64,000 nucleotides of DNA from Alphaproteobacteria bacterium (GCA_964291215.2 OZ219791.1:1120001-1184000), one strand, 5' to 3'. Numbered from the stretch's first letter, positions 1 through 11,888 are shown. The notes: a model not told the origin generated them from the letters alone. Numbers and translations are program-made.

Positions 1-78
1 GCCGAAGGCATGGGCGAAGCGCTTCTCTATGATGGCATCCAGCGCGGCTGACACCGAGACCGGTAGATTCCGTTCGGC

Positions 79-948
79 ATGAAACCTGCACCCTTCAACT
101 ATGTCCGCGCCACCGGGATCGATGACGCGACGGCGGCTCTCGCGAGCGCCGGCGGCAGGGCGAAGATCCTCGCCGGCGGCCAGAGCCTTGTTCCGATGCT
201 CAATTTCCGGCTGGTCGACGCCGACCTGTTCGTCGACATCAACCAGGTCGGCGGTATCGACGGCATCGAGGAGTCCGGGGACGGCCTCCGCATCGGCGCA
301 CTCGCACGCCATCACCGGATCGAGACGTCGGACGCGGTTCGCGAGCACTTTCCCGTGCTTGCTGCCGCGATGCAGCATGTCGCCCACCTCGCGATCCGCA
401 ACCGCGGGACCATTGGCGGCAGCCTGTCGCACGCTGATCCCGCGGCCGAGCTTCCGGCGATGTCGCTTCTCCTCGACGCGACGATCGAGACCGCGGGCCC
501 GTCGGGCGGACGGGCGCTGGCGGCGCGCGATTTCTTCGTCGCCCCCCTTGTGAACGCCCTTGATGACAGCGAGATGGTCACGTCGGTCGTCCTTCCCTGC
601 CTGCCGCCGGACGCGGGCTGGGGGTTCGACGAGGTAGCCCGGCGCCGCGGCGACTTCGCGATCGCCGGCGCCGGTTGCGTGGTCGCGCTCGAGAACGGCG
701 CGGTGTCCGAGGCGCGGATCGCGCTGATGGGGGTTCACGACACGCCGCTTCGCGCGACCGCGGCGGAGGCGCTGCTCGTCGGCAACAGCCCCGACGGCGA
801 TGCCATCGACGCGGCCGCGGCTGCAGCCCGAGATGCCGTGGAGCCGATGAACGATCTTCACGGTTCTGCAGATTACAGGCGCCATCTGGCCGGGGTCGTG
901 GTGCGCCGCACCCTGGACGCCGCCGTCGCGCGAGCGGAGGCCCGGTGA
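79..948 (+). CDS. Xanthine dehydrogenase/CoxM-family FAD-binding subunit
   Basis: MKPAPFNY start, AGGQSL and RNRGTIGGS FAD motifs, C-terminal DLHGSADYRRH. Confidence 0.93.
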   Translation: MKPAPFNYVRATGIDDATAALASAGGRAKILAGGQSLVPMLNFRLVDADLFVDINQVGGIDGIEESGDGLRIGALARHHRIETSDAVREHFPVLAAAMQHVAHLAIRNRGTIGGSLSHADPAAELPAMSLLLDATIETAGPSGGRALAARDFFVAPLVNALDDSEMVTSVVLPCLPPDAGWGFDEVARRRGDFAIAGAGCVVALENGAVSEARIALMGVHDTPLRATAAEALLVGNSPDGDAIDAAAAAARDAVEPMNDLHGSADYRRHLAGVVVRRTLDAAVARAEAR

Positions 949-1427
949 TGGACGACAGGGTTCAGGTCACCATGACCGTCAACGGCGTCCGCCATGTTCG
1001 CGAGATCGAGCCGCGTCTGCTCCTGGTCGATTTCCTCCGCGAGGATATAGATCTCACGGGAACTCATGTTGGCTGCGAGCACGGCGTCTGTGGCGCCTGC
1101 ACGGTGCTGATGGACGGCGACAGCGTGCGATCCTGCCTGACCCTTGCCGTACAGGCCGATGGCGCCGAGGTCGAGACCGTGGAAAGCCTGGGCAGCGTCG
1201 ATTCGCTCAACGATCTCCAGCAGGCGTTCCGCGCCCATCACGCGCTCCAGTGCGGCTACTGCACGCCGGGCATGCTCATGACCGCCACCGATCTTCTCCG
1301 CAAGTATCCGCTGGCTACCGACGACGAGATCCGCGACGGCATCTCGGGCAACATTTGCCGCTGCACCGGCTACCAGAACATCGTCGCTGCGATTCGCGAG
1401 GTCGCCGACCGGAGGAACGGACAATGA
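948..1427 (+). CDS. CoxS-family (2Fe-2S)-binding subunit
   Basis: GCEHGVCGACT, QCGYCTPG and CRCTGY motifs; ATG overlaps the upstream stop (TGATG). Confidence 0.95.
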   Translation: MDDRVQVTMTVNGVRHVREIEPRLLLVDFLREDIDLTGTHVGCEHGVCGACTVLMDGDSVRSCLTLAVQADGAEVETVESLGSVDSLNDLQQAFRAHHALQCGYCTPGMLMTATDLLRKYPLATDDEIRDGISGNICRCTGYQNIVAAIREVADRRNGQ

Positions 1428-3796
1428 CCGATCCCGATGCGCTGTCCCGGCCCCGGTTCGTGGGCGCGCGGGTGGCGCGGAAGGAGGATCCGCGCCTCCT
1501 TGCCGGCGCCGGCAACTACGTTGCCGACATCAAGCGCCACGGCATGCTGCATGTCGCCTTCCGGCGGAGCGATCATGCCCATGCCAGGATCCGCGGCATC
1601 GACGTTTCCGCGGCCACGGCGAGTCCCGGCGTGGTTGCCGTCTATACGGGCGAGGACATCGGCCGGCTTGTCCGGCCCTACCGCGCGACATCGCGGATGA
1701 AGAACTACCAGGCGACGTTCATCCCTCCTGTCGCCGTCGGCAAGGTGCGCTATGTTGGTGAGGCAGTGGTTGCCGTCGTCGCCGAGAGCCGTTACATCGC
1801 GGAGGATGCGGCGGCGCTGATGGAGATCGATTTCGAGCCGCTTCCCGCGCTCGTCGACCCCGAACGGTCGGCCGCGGAAGGGGCGCTGAAAATCCACGAC
1901 GGCCTCGAATCCAACGTCCTTGCCGAACGCGCCTTTGACCGCGGCGACGTCGAGGCGGCATTCGCGTCCGCGCATACCGTGGCCGGGGCGCGGTTCCATT
2001 TCACGCGGACGACGCCGATGACGATCGAGGCCCGGGCCGCGGTTGCCGAGGTCGAGCGCGGAACGCGGGCGCTGACACTTCACTGCACGACCCAAATTCC
2101 GGGCATCGTCCGCGACAAGCTCTGCGAGCTTTTCGATCTTCCGGGGCCGCGCGTCCGCGTCATCGCCCCCGATGTCGGTGGCGGGTTCGGGGCCAAGACG
2201 TCGCTCTATTGCGAGGAAATCGTCGTCTGCGCGGCCGCCCGCGACCTCGGCCGCCCGGTCAAGTGGGTGAGCGACCGCATGGAGGACCTGATGACGACGG
2301 GCCACGCCTTCGACGAGATCGTCAGGGCGGAAATCGCACTCGACGCCGACGCGGGGATCCTCGGCTTGAAAGCGGATGTCGTCGGGGATATCGGCGCCTA
2401 TTCGATCTATCCCTGGACGGCGTCGATGGAGCCGGTGCAGGTCGTCAGTTTCCTGCCCGGGCCATACCGGATAGCCAACTATGCCGCGCGCGTGCGTTCG
2501 GTCGCCACCAACAAGACCCTGGGCGCCGCCTTTCGCGGCGTAGGCCGTCCGATCTCGGCCTTCGTGATGGAGCGGCTGATCGACATGGCCGCGCGCAAGG
2601 CCGGCATGGATGCGGTGGAGATCCGTCGACGCAATCTCGTCAACGACGACGAGTTTCCCTACAAGGCGCCGTCCGGGCTGGTGTGGGACCGGGCGGCGTT
2701 CCAGGCCTGCCTGCAACGGGCGTCCGACGACATCGGTTACGACGCACTGCGCCGGGAATGCGACGACGCGCGTGGCGCCGGCCGATGGATGGGTATCGGC
2801 GTCGCCTGCTACGCCGAGCTTACGGGCGTCGGCTCACGCATCGCTGTCGCGCCCGGGATGCCGATCAACACCGGCACGGAGACTGCGACGGTCGCCGTGG
2901 ATTCGACGGGTGCGGTGACCGCGAGCTTCGGGCTCACGAGCCAGGGCCAGGGCATGGAAACGACTCTTGCACAGGTCATCGCCGAGACGCTGGGCGTCAA
3001 GGTCGAGGAGGTCGATGTCGTGCTCGGCGATACCGCCGCCGTGAGCCACACCACGGGTACCTATGCGAGCCGCGCGGCGGTGTTCGGGGCCGGGGCGGGG
3101 ACGCTGGCGGCCCAGACCGTACGCGAGAAGATCATTCGCGTTGCCGGCCATCTCCTCGAGGCCAGCGAGGAGGACATCGAGACCGGGGACGGCAATGTCT
3201 GGGTCAAGGGTACCGACCGGTCGATGAAGATCAGCGATCTCGCCCGCGCCCTCTATTCGGAGATGGGCCGCGTGCCGAAGGAGATGCGCGACGAGATCGA
3301 CAATCTCGAGGCGACCCGCGTCTATGACCCGTTCTTCGGCACCACGACCTCGGCGACCCACATGTGCCTCGTCGAAATCGATCCCGAAACCTATGCCGTG
3401 ACCGTCCGGCGTTACGTGGTCGTCGAGGATTGCGGCCGCGTCATCAATCCCCTGATCGCGGACGGCCAGGCCCATGGCGGCGTCGCTCAGGGCCTGGGCG
3501 TGGCGCTCATGGAGGAGGTGGTCCATGACGGCGACGGCCAGCTTCTGACCGCCAGCCTCGTCGATTACGTCGTGCCGTCCGCGGTCGAGGTTCCGGACAT
3601 CGATGTCGTGCATGTCGAGGCCGAACTGCCGGGCACGATCGGCGGTTTCCGGGGCCTCGGGGAAGGCGGAACCATTGGCGCGCCTGCCTGCATCGCGAAT
3701 GCTGTGTCGGACGCGCTGGCCCCGCTCGGCATCGAGATCACGACGGTCCCCGCGACGCCGGAGCGCATTTTCAGGCTGGTGGAAGAGGCGCGGTGA
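1424..3796 (+). CDS. Xanthine dehydrogenase/CoxL-like molybdopterin-binding subunit (not form I CODH)
   Basis: RKEDPRLL, VGGGFGAK, QGQGMET, QAHGGVAQGLG and GLGEGG motifs; active-site loop reads AFRGVGR; ATGA overlap with the coxS-like gene. Confidence 0.92.
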   Translation: MTDPDALSRPRFVGARVARKEDPRLLAGAGNYVADIKRHGMLHVAFRRSDHAHARIRGIDVSAATASPGVVAVYTGEDIGRLVRPYRATSRMKNYQATFIPPVAVGKVRYVGEAVVAVVAESRYIAEDAAALMEIDFEPLPALVDPERSAAEGALKIHDGLESNVLAERAFDRGDVEAAFASAHTVAGARFHFTRTTPMTIEARAAVAEVERGTRALTLHCTTQIPGIVRDKLCELFDLPGPRVRVIAPDVGGGFGAKTSLYCEEIVVCAAARDLGRPVKWVSDRMEDLMTTGHAFDEIVRAEIALDADAGILGLKADVVGDIGAYSIYPWTASMEPVQVVSFLPGPYRIANYAARVRSVATNKTLGAAFRGVGRPISAFVMERLIDMAARKAGMDAVEIRRRNLVNDDEFPYKAPSGLVWDRAAFQACLQRASDDIGYDALRRECDDARGAGRWMGIGVACYAELTGVGSRIAVAPGMPINTGTETATVAVDSTGAVTASFGLTSQGQGMETTLAQVIAETLGVKVEEVDVVLGDTAAVSHTTGTYASRAAVFGAGAGTLAAQTVREKIIRVAGHLLEASEEDIETGDGNVWVKGTDRSMKISDLARALYSEMGRVPKEMRDEIDNLEATRVYDPFFGTTTSATHMCLVEIDPETYAVTVRRYVVVEDCGRVINPLIADGQAHGGVAQGLGVALMEEVVHDGDGQLLTASLVDYVVPSAVEVPDIDVVHVEAELPGTIGGFRGLGEGGTIGAPACIANAVSDALAPLGIEITTVPATPERIFRLVEEAR

Positions 3797-3807
3797 CGGA
3801 TCCAGCC

Positions 3808-3845
3808 GTGCTGCGCCCACCCGCCGGTGCTGCGCCCACCCGCCG
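3808..3845. repeat. 19-bp tandem duplication GTGCTGCGCCCACCCGCCG x2
   Basis: Read directly in the intergenic sequence after the coxL-like gene. Confidence 0.9.
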
Positions 3846-3916
3846 TGATGCCGCTGCCGCGATGAAGCGGCCGGCCGCATGACGCTCCGCAATGCCGCGG
3901 CGGCCATGTCCTGCCG

Positions 3917-5212
3917 ATGACCGGCCTTGCGCCGCGGGAGGCGGCGGCGGCCGTGCTGGGACAGGTGCTTTCCGGCGGCAGCATCCTCGACGACGTGTTG
4001 CGGACGGAATCGCGGCTCGCCCGGCTCGATGCCCGCGACCGCGCCTTCGCGCGCAATCTGGCGGCGACGGTGTTGCGCCGGCTCGGGCAGATCGATTCAA
4101 TCATCGGGTCCTGCCTCGACCGTCCGCTGCCGCGATCCGGGAAGGGCGCCCGCATGGCGCTGCGCCTCGGCCTCTGCCAGATCCTGTTTCTCGACACCCG
4201 GACGCATGCCGCCGTCGATACCTCGGTAGCGTTGGCCCGCCGCCACGGCCCGGAGAAGTTCTCCGGGGTCGTGAATGCCGTCCTGCGGCGTGTAGCGCGC
4301 GGGGATCGCGATCGGTTGCTCACCCGCCATCCATCGTCGCTCAACGTGCCGGACTGGCTGCGTCGATCGTGGACAGCAGCCTACGGGGACGAGGCCACGG
4401 CGGAGATCGCGGCTGTCCACCTGATGCCCCCTCCGCTCGACCTGACGGTCAGGAGCGATCCGGCGGTCTGGGCGGAGCGGCTCGGGGGCGAGCATCTCTG
4501 GGCGGATTCTGTCCGGATCGGGAGCGGCGGAGTGGTTTCTGAACTCGACGGTTATGCGGACGGCGCTTGGTGGGTTCAGGACGTGGCTGCGACGCTGCCT
4601 GCGCGGTTGCTGGCGCGGAACATCGCCCCGGGCGCGCGGGTCCTGGACATGTGCGCGGCACCCGGCGGAAAGACGGCGCAACTGGCTGCCGCCGGCTTCG
4701 ACGTGACGGCGGTCGACATGTCGCTAGAACGGCTGCAGCTTGTCGCGGAGAACCTTCAAAGGCTCGGGTTGTCGGCGCAGTTGGTGGCGGCGGACGCTAC
4801 TGACTGGACGGTGCCGCACCCGTTCGACGCTGTGCTCGTCGACGCGCCCTGCAGCGCGACCGGGACCATTCGGCGCCATCCCGACATACCGCTCCTCCGG
4901 ACGCGTGCGGAGGTCGAACGCCTTGTCCGAATCCAGGCGCGTCTTCTCGGGGCGGCCTCGGCGCTTGCTGCGCTGGACGGTATCGTCGTCTACAGCGTCT
5001 GTTCGCTCGAGGTGGAGGAAGGCCAGGGAATCGTGGAGGCGGCTTGCGGCGAGGGGGGCGGCCTCGGGCGTGATCCGGTCGGCCGTGCCGAGCTTGAAGG
5101 GCTCCCGGTCCGGATTTCGGATGCCGGGGACATCCGTACCCTGCCCAGCGACATGGCGGACCGCGGAGGGATGGACGGTTTCTTCGTCAGCCGACTCAGG
5201 AAGGCAGCGTAG
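3917..5212 (+). CDS. rsmB: RsmB/NOP-family RNA m5C methyltransferase with NusB-like N-terminus
   Basis: VQD, DMCAAPGGKT, DAPCSATGTIRRHPD and YSVCS motifs. Confidence 0.9.
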   Translation: MTGLAPREAAAAVLGQVLSGGSILDDVLRTESRLARLDARDRAFARNLAATVLRRLGQIDSIIGSCLDRPLPRSGKGARMALRLGLCQILFLDTRTHAAVDTSVALARRHGPEKFSGVVNAVLRRVARGDRDRLLTRHPSSLNVPDWLRRSWTAAYGDEATAEIAAVHLMPPPLDLTVRSDPAVWAERLGGEHLWADSVRIGSGGVVSELDGYADGAWWVQDVAATLPARLLARNIAPGARVLDMCAAPGGKTAQLAAAGFDVTAVDMSLERLQLVAENLQRLGLSAQLVAADATDWTVPHPFDAVLVDAPCSATGTIRRHPDIPLLRTRAEVERLVRIQARLLGAASALAALDGIVVYSVCSLEVEEGQGIVEAACGEGGGLGRDPVGRAELEGLPVRISDAGDIRTLPSDMADRGGMDGFFVSRLRKAA

Positions 5213-5450
5213 CACGCCCCCGCAGTACGGTCCCCGGGCATCCGTGGTCGATGCGGAGCGAACTCGCGAAGGGCTTTTCGGCATGGCGTTTCGGTATGTC
5301 CGCGTAGCGGGAGGCGCCTTCAGGCGACGGGCACGGGGGGGGTGTCGAAGATTTGGAAGGACCGTTTCCCCGAGCTTGCCGGCACGGCGGCAAGCTGATA
5401 CCTAAAAACCCTTTGGGCCGCTTCGTTCGGCCTCCTGCCGATGCGAAACG

Positions 5451-6152
5451 GTGACCACCAAGCCATCCGGATCGATCGTGAAGACCGTGAAACAGCCGCC
5501 CCGCATCGCACCGTCCATCCTTGCAGCCGATTTCGCTGCGCTGGGCGGGGAGGTGCGTGCGGTGACAGCCGCTGGGGCCGACTACATCCATATCGACGTC
5601 ATGGACGGGCATTTCGTGCCCAACCTCACGATAGGCCCTGCCGTGATCGGTGCGCTTCGGCCCTGCAGCGACCTCACATTCGACGTCCATCTGATGATTT
5701 CGCCGGTTGAGCCCTATATCGAGGCCTTCGCCGAAGCGGGTGCCGACATCATCACCGTCCACCCCGAGGCCGGGCCCCACCTGCACCGGACTATCCAGAG
5801 CATCAAGGCGCGCGGCAAGAAGGCCGGCGTCTCGATCAACCCGGCAACACCGGTTGCCGCGGCCATCGAGGTGCTCGACGAGGTGGATCTGGTATTGGTG
5901 ATGAGCGTCAACCCGGGCTTCGGCGGCCAAGCGTTCATTTCTGGTGTGCTTGGCAAGATTCGCGCCTTGCGGGAGGCGATCGACGAGTCCGGTCGGCAGA
6001 TCGACCTCGAGGTCGACGGCGGCATCAACGGCCGCACGGCATCCCTTGCGCTGGAGGCCGGCGCCGATGTTCTGGTTGCTGGCACCGCGGTATTCGATGG
6101 CGGCCCGGAGAAGTACGCAGACAACATTCGCGAGCTTCGCGGTCGCGGATGA
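5451..6152 (+). CDS. rpe: Ribulose-phosphate 3-epimerase
   Basis: [36 protein letters not shown]; exact start uncertain (5451/5478). Confidence 0.96.
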   Translation: MTTKPSGSIVKTVKQPPRIAPSILAADFAALGGEVRAVTAAGADYIHIDVMDGHFVPNLTIGPAVIGALRPCSDLTFDVHLMISPVEPYIEAFAEAGADIITVHPEAGPHLHRTIQSIKARGKKAGVSINPATPVAAAIEVLDEVDLVLVMSVNPGFGGQAFISGVLGKIRALREAIDESGRQIDLEVDGGINGRTASLALEAGADVLVAGTAVFDGGPEKYADNIRELRGRG

Positions 6153-7834
6153 GCGAGGGCGCCAAGGTTCGGAAGATCCGAGTCCCCGCGCGCCGCCGCG
6201 GCCCGCGCGCTTCCGCAACATCAGGCCCGCTGTACAACGCCGCGCAGGGTTTCGCCTACCGGGTCGCCCGGCTCTGGTTCCGCGGACTGTTCTACGGATA
6301 CTCGCTCAGAGGAGCGGTACCCCGCAGGATTCTCTTCATTCCGCATGACGACAGGGTCGGGAACGCGCGAAACGGGCAGGCGATTCTCGGCGGTCGCGCC
6401 CGGTTTCTCGACATCGTTAACGAGAAACCCCGTGCCGATGGGGCAGGGGTGGGCCGCGACCGGGGGGTGTTCGTCGAGTATCACGGCTTCGACTGGCTCC
6501 GGGATCTTCACGTCATCGACACGGGGGCGGCGCGCAACAGCGCCGGGGCGCTCATCGAGACGTGGATACGCTGGAACTCCAGATGGCATCCGCTCTCCTG
6601 GCGTCCAGACATCCTTTCGCGGCGTATCTGCAACTGGCTGATGCACGCCGATTTTATTGCGGCAGACCGGGACGATCGCTTTCCGTCGCTGTTTCTAGAC
6701 AGCCTCGCCCGGCAGGTTCGCCACCTGCGCCGCGCCCGGCCCTTTCTTCTCCATGACCTGGACCGTCTCGTCGCCCTCAAGGCGCTGCTCTACGGGGCAC
6801 TCTGCCTCCCGGGCGGCGTCCGGGAAATTCCGGGACTTCTGCAGCAGATCATCAGGACCTGCGAAAAGCAGTTCCTTCCCGACGGCGGCCATGTCCGCAG
6901 GAATCCCGAAGCCCAGTTCGAGGCGCTTCAGGTGCTGGTCGAGATCCGCGACGCGGTGCGCGATGCCGGGCTTGCGGTTCCCGACGAGTTGCGGGATCTG
7001 ATCCGGCGGGTCGCCGCCATGGCGGCATTCTTTCGCCATGGCGATGGCGGCCTGGCGTTGTTTAACGGCGCGAGCGAGGGCGATCCGCTCGCGCTTGCAC
7101 GGCTTCTCAAGCGCGCTGGCACCCCGGCACCCAAATTCATGTCGGCGCGGAGCACCGGATTCGAGCAGATCCGGGCGGACCGGAACCGGCTTATCGTCGA
7201 TTGCGGGCCGCCGGCCAGCGGTGTTGCCGGTACGTTGGCCTTCGAATTCAGCACTGCCAGACAGCGCATCGTCGTCAATTGCGGTGGTGCCGACCGAGCT
7301 GACTACAGTTGGGAACAGTTTCTGAGAACGACCGCTGCGCATTCCACGCTCGTCGTCGAGAATACCAATTCCTCGGTGATTCGGAACGACGGAACCTTGG
7401 GAGACGGTCCGAGCGCGGTAATCTGCAAGCGCCGTGAAGGGGACGGCGAGACCTTGATCGAGATGAGCCACGACGGCTACGTGCGGACGCACGGGCTCAC
7501 GCATCACCGCCGCCTTTACATGACGGCGCGCGGAACCGAGCTTCGCGGAGAGGACAGGCTTGCCGGCACCGGCGACCACCGGTTCGATATCAGATTTCAT
7601 CTCCATCCGTTGGTCCGCGCATCGATTCTTCGAAACGGAACCTCGGTGCTTCTGCAGCTTCCGAACCGGGTCGGCTGGCGGCTGCTCTGTAACGGCGGAA
7701 CTGCGAGCCTCGAGGAGAGCATCTATCTCGGCAGCTCCGGAAACGCCCGGCGGTCCGAGCAGATCGTCATCAGCGGCGCGACCCGGAACGGCGACGCTGT
7801 CGTGAAGTGGTCCCTCGCCGAGCTGGTGCGGTGA
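6149..7834 (+). CDS. Heparinase II/III family protein
   Basis: [30 protein letters not shown] and RFHLHP motifs; usual position next to purH. Confidence 0.85.
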   Translation: MSEGAKVRKIRVPARRRGPRASATSGPLYNAAQGFAYRVARLWFRGLFYGYSLRGAVPRRILFIPHDDRVGNARNGQAILGGRARFLDIVNEKPRADGAGVGRDRGVFVEYHGFDWLRDLHVIDTGAARNSAGALIETWIRWNSRWHPLSWRPDILSRRICNWLMHADFIAADRDDRFPSLFLDSLARQVRHLRRARPFLLHDLDRLVALKALLYGALCLPGGVREIPGLLQQIIRTCEKQFLPDGGHVRRNPEAQFEALQVLVEIRDAVRDAGLAVPDELRDLIRRVAAMAAFFRHGDGGLALFNGASEGDPLALARLLKRAGTPAPKFMSARSTGFEQIRADRNRLIVDCGPPASGVAGTLAFEFSTARQRIVVNCGGADRADYSWEQFLRTTAAHSTLVVENTNSSVIRNDGTLGDGPSAVICKRREGDGETLIEMSHDGYVRTHGLTHHRRLYMTARGTELRGEDRLAGTGDHRFDIRFHLHPLVRASILRNGTSVLLQLPNRVGWRLLCNGGTASLEESIYLGSSGNARRSEQIVISGATRNGDAVVKWSLAELVR

Positions 7835-7886
7835 ATGGCTGCACATCGGTTGCGCCCGGAACCGGTGAAACCGGGACGGCATGGCG

Positions 7887-8069
7887 CAGGGCTCTTCTTT
7901 TGTCCGGTTTCGTCCGACGAGGGGCGTTGTAGGCAGATCTGGAGGTCCATTCGGGGGCGGATTTCGTTGTCGATATGCCGGTTCCGACCTTGTGACGGTG
8001 CTACCAACTTCAAGAACGGCCACTCTGACACGGTTGTCCGCCGCCGGTCGCGACAACAGAATGGTCTTG
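7887..8069. mobile_element. 183-bp MITE, copy 1 (CAGG termini, ISAs1-like)
   Basis: Near-identical to 26098-26281; imperfect TIRs; 9-bp TSD GGCATGGCG (7878-7886 / 8070-8078). Confidence 0.85.
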
Positions 8070-8191
8070 GGCATGGCGGGCGATTCTTTCCCGCACACGA
8101 GCTTCCCTGTACGGTAGTCGCGTCCCCGGATGAGGCTCGGCGGTTCCGGCCATCAGGCCTGTTCACGGGACCGGATCCCGGAGAAAGTGCA

Positions 8192-9763
8192 ATGACCGAG
8201 CAGTACCGCGCCGTGCAGCGGGCGCTCATATCGGTGTCCGACAAGACCGGACTTCTGGAGTTCGCAAGGTTTCTCGACCAGTCCGGCGTCGAAATTCTCT
8301 CGACCGGCGGCACCGCGCGGACGCTTCGCGAAGCGGGCGTCGACGTGGTCGAGGTCAGCGACCACACCGGATTCCCCGAAATCATGGATGGCCGCGTCAA
8401 GACTCTGCATCCCGCCATTCATGGCGGCATTCTCGCGCGTCGTGACGACGCCGCCCATGTCGGCGCGATGGAGGATCACGACATCGCGCCGATCGATCTT
8501 GTTGCGGTCAATCTCTACCCGTTCGAGGAAACCGTGAGCGCCGGGAGCGGATTTGCCGACTGCGTCGATAACATCGATATCGGCGGCCCGGCGCTGATCC
8601 GGGCCGCCGCCAAGAACCATGACAGTGTCGCCGTGGTGACCGATGCCGACGACTATGCGGCCGTGATGGATGATCTCCGCGCCCACGGCGGTACCGGCGA
8701 CGAACTCCGCCGCCGCCTCGCCGCCATCGCCTATGCCCGCACGGCGGCCTATGACGCCGCCATCGCACAGTGGCTGGCGCGGCAGGGCGGTACGGCGTTC
8801 CCCCGCCACCATGTCGTTGCCGGTACCCGCCGCCAGACGTTGCGCTACGGCGAAAATCCGCACCAGAAAGCCGCATTCTATGCGGTGGGAGAGGCCTCTC
8901 CCGGGCTTGCCACCGCGCGCCAGCTCCAGGGCCGGGAATTGTCCTACAACAACCTCAACGACATCGACGCCGCGCTTGCGCTGGCGGCCGAATTCGACCT
9001 GCCCGCCGTCGCCATAATCAAGCATGCCAATCCCTGTGGCGTGGCGGTCGGCGACACGCTTGCCGACGCCTGGGACGCGGCGCTCAGATGCGATCCGGTC
9101 AGCGCCTTCGGCGGCATCGTCGCCGTCAACCGCCCTCTCGATGCGGCGATCGCCGCGGCACTGGCCGGCCTGTTTCTCGAAGTCATCATCGCGCCTTCGG
9201 TCGAACCTGACGCCGTGTCGGCCCTGGCGGCGAAGAAGAATCTGCGTCTTCTGGAGACCGGTGGCATGCCTGATCCGTGCGCTCCCGGGCGCAGGGTCAA
9301 GGCACTGTCGGGCGGTTTCCTGCTGCAGGACCGAGACATCGGGCGCATTCGCGCCGAGGATCTAGAGGTGGTGACGCGGCGGGCACCGAAGGATCGCGAG
9401 ATCGCCGACCTGTTGTTCGCCTTCACGGTAGCCAAGCACGTGCAGTCGAACGCGATCGTCTATGCGCGGGACGGTGCGACCGTAGGCATAGGCGCCGGCC
9501 AGATGAGCCGGGTCGATTCGGCCCGCATCGCGGCGTGGAAATACGAACAGGCCGGCCTTGCCGAGACCGGCGTCGACGCGCCTCCGGTGGTTGCGTCAGA
9601 CGCCTTCTTTCCGTTTGCCGACGGGCTGGTTTCGGCGGCCGCGGCGGGCGTCAGCGCGGTCATCCAGCCCGGAGGGTCGATACGCGACGACGAGATCATC
9701 GCCGCCGCCGACGCGCGCGATCTGGCAATGGTGTTCACCGGCCAGCGGCATTTCCGGCACTGA
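8192..9763 (+). CDS. purH: Bifunctional AICAR formyltransferase/IMP cyclohydrolase
   Basis: [41 protein letters not shown] and RHFRH; start at MTEQY, with the upstream ORF extension running through the MITE. Confidence 0.97.
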   Translation: MTEQYRAVQRALISVSDKTGLLEFARFLDQSGVEILSTGGTARTLREAGVDVVEVSDHTGFPEIMDGRVKTLHPAIHGGILARRDDAAHVGAMEDHDIAPIDLVAVNLYPFEETVSAGSGFADCVDNIDIGGPALIRAAAKNHDSVAVVTDADDYAAVMDDLRAHGGTGDELRRRLAAIAYARTAAYDAAIAQWLARQGGTAFPRHHVVAGTRRQTLRYGENPHQKAAFYAVGEASPGLATARQLQGRELSYNNLNDIDAALALAAEFDLPAVAIIKHANPCGVAVGDTLADAWDAALRCDPVSAFGGIVAVNRPLDAAIAAALAGLFLEVIIAPSVEPDAVSALAAKKNLRLLETGGMPDPCAPGRRVKALSGGFLLQDRDIGRIRAEDLEVVTRRAPKDREIADLLFAFTVAKHVQSNAIVYARDGATVGIGAGQMSRVDSARIAAWKYEQAGLAETGVDAPPVVASDAFFPFADGLVSAAAAGVSAVIQPGGSIRDDEIIAAADARDLAMVFTGQRHFRH

Positions 9764-9784
9764 GCGGAGACGCCGGATGGTGGC

Positions 9785-11116
9785 TCAGCCGGACGGCCGG
9801 ACCTTCAAGATCAGGATCACGAGGCCGATCGTGAGGAACACGAAGATCGTCGACATGCCGATGCTTTGCGACTGCGTGAGCGCGGTGACGGTCGCAAGCA
9901 CGAACGGTCCCACATAGGCGGTGGCCCGGCCGGAGAACGCGAACAGGCCGAACATCTCGGTGCCGTACTCCCTCGGCGCCAGGTGAGCCATCAGCGACCT
10001 GCTTGCTGCCTGCGCCGGTCCGACGAACAGGCCGAGCGGTATGGCGAAGATCAGGAACCAGAGCAGCGAACCGGCTATCAGCGCCGGGATCCCGAGTGCC
10101 ATAAGCCCGGCCAGCGCGATCGCGATCGTGGTTTTCGAGCCAAGGTAATCGTCTATCCACGAGAAGCCGGCGGCGCCGAGGCCGGCTGTGACGTTGATCG
10201 CGATCCCGAACAGCAGAATGTCGAGCGCCGACATGCCGAAAGCCTGGCCGGCATAGACCCCGCCGAAAGCGAAGAGCGTGTTCATGCCGTCCACATAGAA
10301 CAGGCGCGAGAGGAGGAACCAGGCCACGTTGCGATATTCGCGGACCCGCCGGATCGTGGATACGAGCGTTGAAATGCCGTCGCGCACCGTCAGCCACCAG
10401 CTGCACGCGCTTGCCTGCCCGTCAGGGACGAACAGGAACAGCGGCAGGCAGAAGACGGCGAACCAGACCGCGACGAACGGTCCCATCACCCGTTGCGTTT
10501 CAAGGAACTCCGTGGTGAGACCGAACAGCGGGGCGTCGGGCAGGATGAAGGACAGCGGGGTCTTCGAGATGAACTCGGCGGCACCCGTGCCCGGGAGGAC
10601 GAATCCGAACAGCAGGACTAGCAGGGAACTGAGTCCCCCCGCATAGCCGAGCCCCCAGCCCCATCCCGAGACGCGCCCGATCCGGTTCTTGGGCGTGATG
10701 TCCGGCAGGATCGCGTTGTAGAAGGCCTGTCCCAGCTCGAAGGCGACATTGCCGATGACGAACAGGATCAGTGCGGTCAGCGCGAAAGAGGGGTCCGGAA
10801 AGGCGAACCAGAGGAGGGCGGCAGAGATCACGGTCACGACCGTGAATGCCGCAAGCCACGGCTTGCGGCGCCCCGAACTGTCGGCGATCGATCCCAGGAT
10901 CGGTGCGAGAAGCGCGATCAGGACCCCCGAGATCGAAACCGCGTAGCCCCACTGCGCCGTCCCGGAGATCTTGTCTCCGACGATGCTCTGCACGAAATAA
11001 TGGGGGAACACGAAGCTGATGATGACGGTGGGGAAAGCCGAGTTGGCCCAGTCATAAAGACACCAGGCAACACGTGCCGCACGCGACCCCTCGGGAGATG
11101 AAGCTTCCCCGATCAT
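9785..11116 (-). CDS. MFS transporter, UMF1/ATG22-like
   Basis: [11 protein letters not shown], multiple TM segments, QAASRSLMA and EMFGLFA motifs. Confidence 0.88.
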   Translation of the reverse strand: MIGEASSPEGSRAARVAWCLYDWANSAFPTVIISFVFPHYFVQSIVGDKISGTAQWGYAVSISGVLIALLAPILGSIADSSGRRKPWLAAFTVVTVISAALLWFAFPDPSFALTALILFVIGNVAFELGQAFYNAILPDITPKNRIGRVSGWGWGLGYAGGLSSLLVLLFGFVLPGTGAAEFISKTPLSFILPDAPLFGLTTEFLETQRVMGPFVAVWFAVFCLPLFLFVPDGQASACSWWLTVRDGISTLVSTIRRVREYRNVAWFLLSRLFYVDGMNTLFAFGGVYAGQAFGMSALDILLFGIAINVTAGLGAAGFSWIDDYLGSKTTIAIALAGLMALGIPALIAGSLLWFLIFAIPLGLFVGPAQAASRSLMAHLAPREYGTEMFGLFAFSGRATAYVGPFVLATVTALTQSQSIGMSTIFVFLTIGLVILILKVRPSG

Positions 11117-11287
11117 CGGCCGCTCATAGCACAGGTCGCGAGAGCTGGGCAAATTCACCGGTGGCGCCCGCGTGGCCCGGCTCCTGCCCGCAATCGACGG
11201 AAAGGGCAGACACAGGGGTGGAGTGCCGGACTTGCCACCGGCGGCCGACCGTCATATGGGTGGCCGGAACATCGGCATGGAGGAAAG

Positions 11288-11479
11288 ATGGGCGGGATAT
11301 GGCAGGCCCATGAGGCGGGCGCCCGGTTCGGCGAGTTCCTTGACGCGTGCGTCAGGGACGGGCCGCAGATCGTGACCAGGCACGGCGTGGAGACGGCCCT
11401 GCCGATCGGGCAATGGCGGGAGATGCAGGAAACGGCGGAACCCGGTCTGACCGGCCTGCTGTTTTCCCCCGAGGACTGA
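11288..11479 (+). pseudogene. Phd/YefM-type antitoxin, short or degenerate, no toxin downstream
   Basis: WQAHEAGARFGEFLDACVRDGPQIVTRHG resembles the Phd N-terminus; GGAGG SD upstream. Confidence 0.65.
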
Positions 11480-11859
11480 ACGGAGGCGCCCGCGCCGCCC
11501 CGCATGCGGTGCCGGTTCCGTTCGGGATCGGATTTGGGGCTTTTCAGCAACCTGATTTCCGCGAGGAGATTTAGGCAGGTTCGCCGTCGCGCTGCGGCTC
11601 CTGTTTCGCTCCGATCCGACGCCCTTTTCCGGTATCGCTTCGGGGTTTCACCGCCACCCGATCTGCTTGTCCGGCCGGTTCCGCGGCTTGTCGCTCGCCG
11701 ACGGTCCGCCACAGTGATCACGCCTGCCGTCAGGGAGAACGCCAATGGAACGCGAGCACGTCAATCCGGAAGGTGGTTTCGGGTGCTTCGCCCTTGCGTG
11801 GATCGCTACGGGGCGACCGGCATGCTGCCCCGGTCGGCCCTTGCCGGCGGATTCCACCC

Positions 11860-11888
11860 TTGACCGCTTAGCGGACCTGATCCACTAT
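11860..11888 (+). promoter_or_regulatory. Putative sigma70 promoter of the metH leader
   Basis: TTGACC-N17-CACTAT about 10 nt upstream of the riboswitch. Confidence 0.55.

Noticed and set aside
79-3796. True aerobic CO dehydrogenase
   Set aside because: Lacks the AYxCSFR copper-binding loop
7835-8191. N-terminal extension of PurH
   Set aside because: Open frame runs through a MITE and intergenic DNA; PurH homology starts at about 8192
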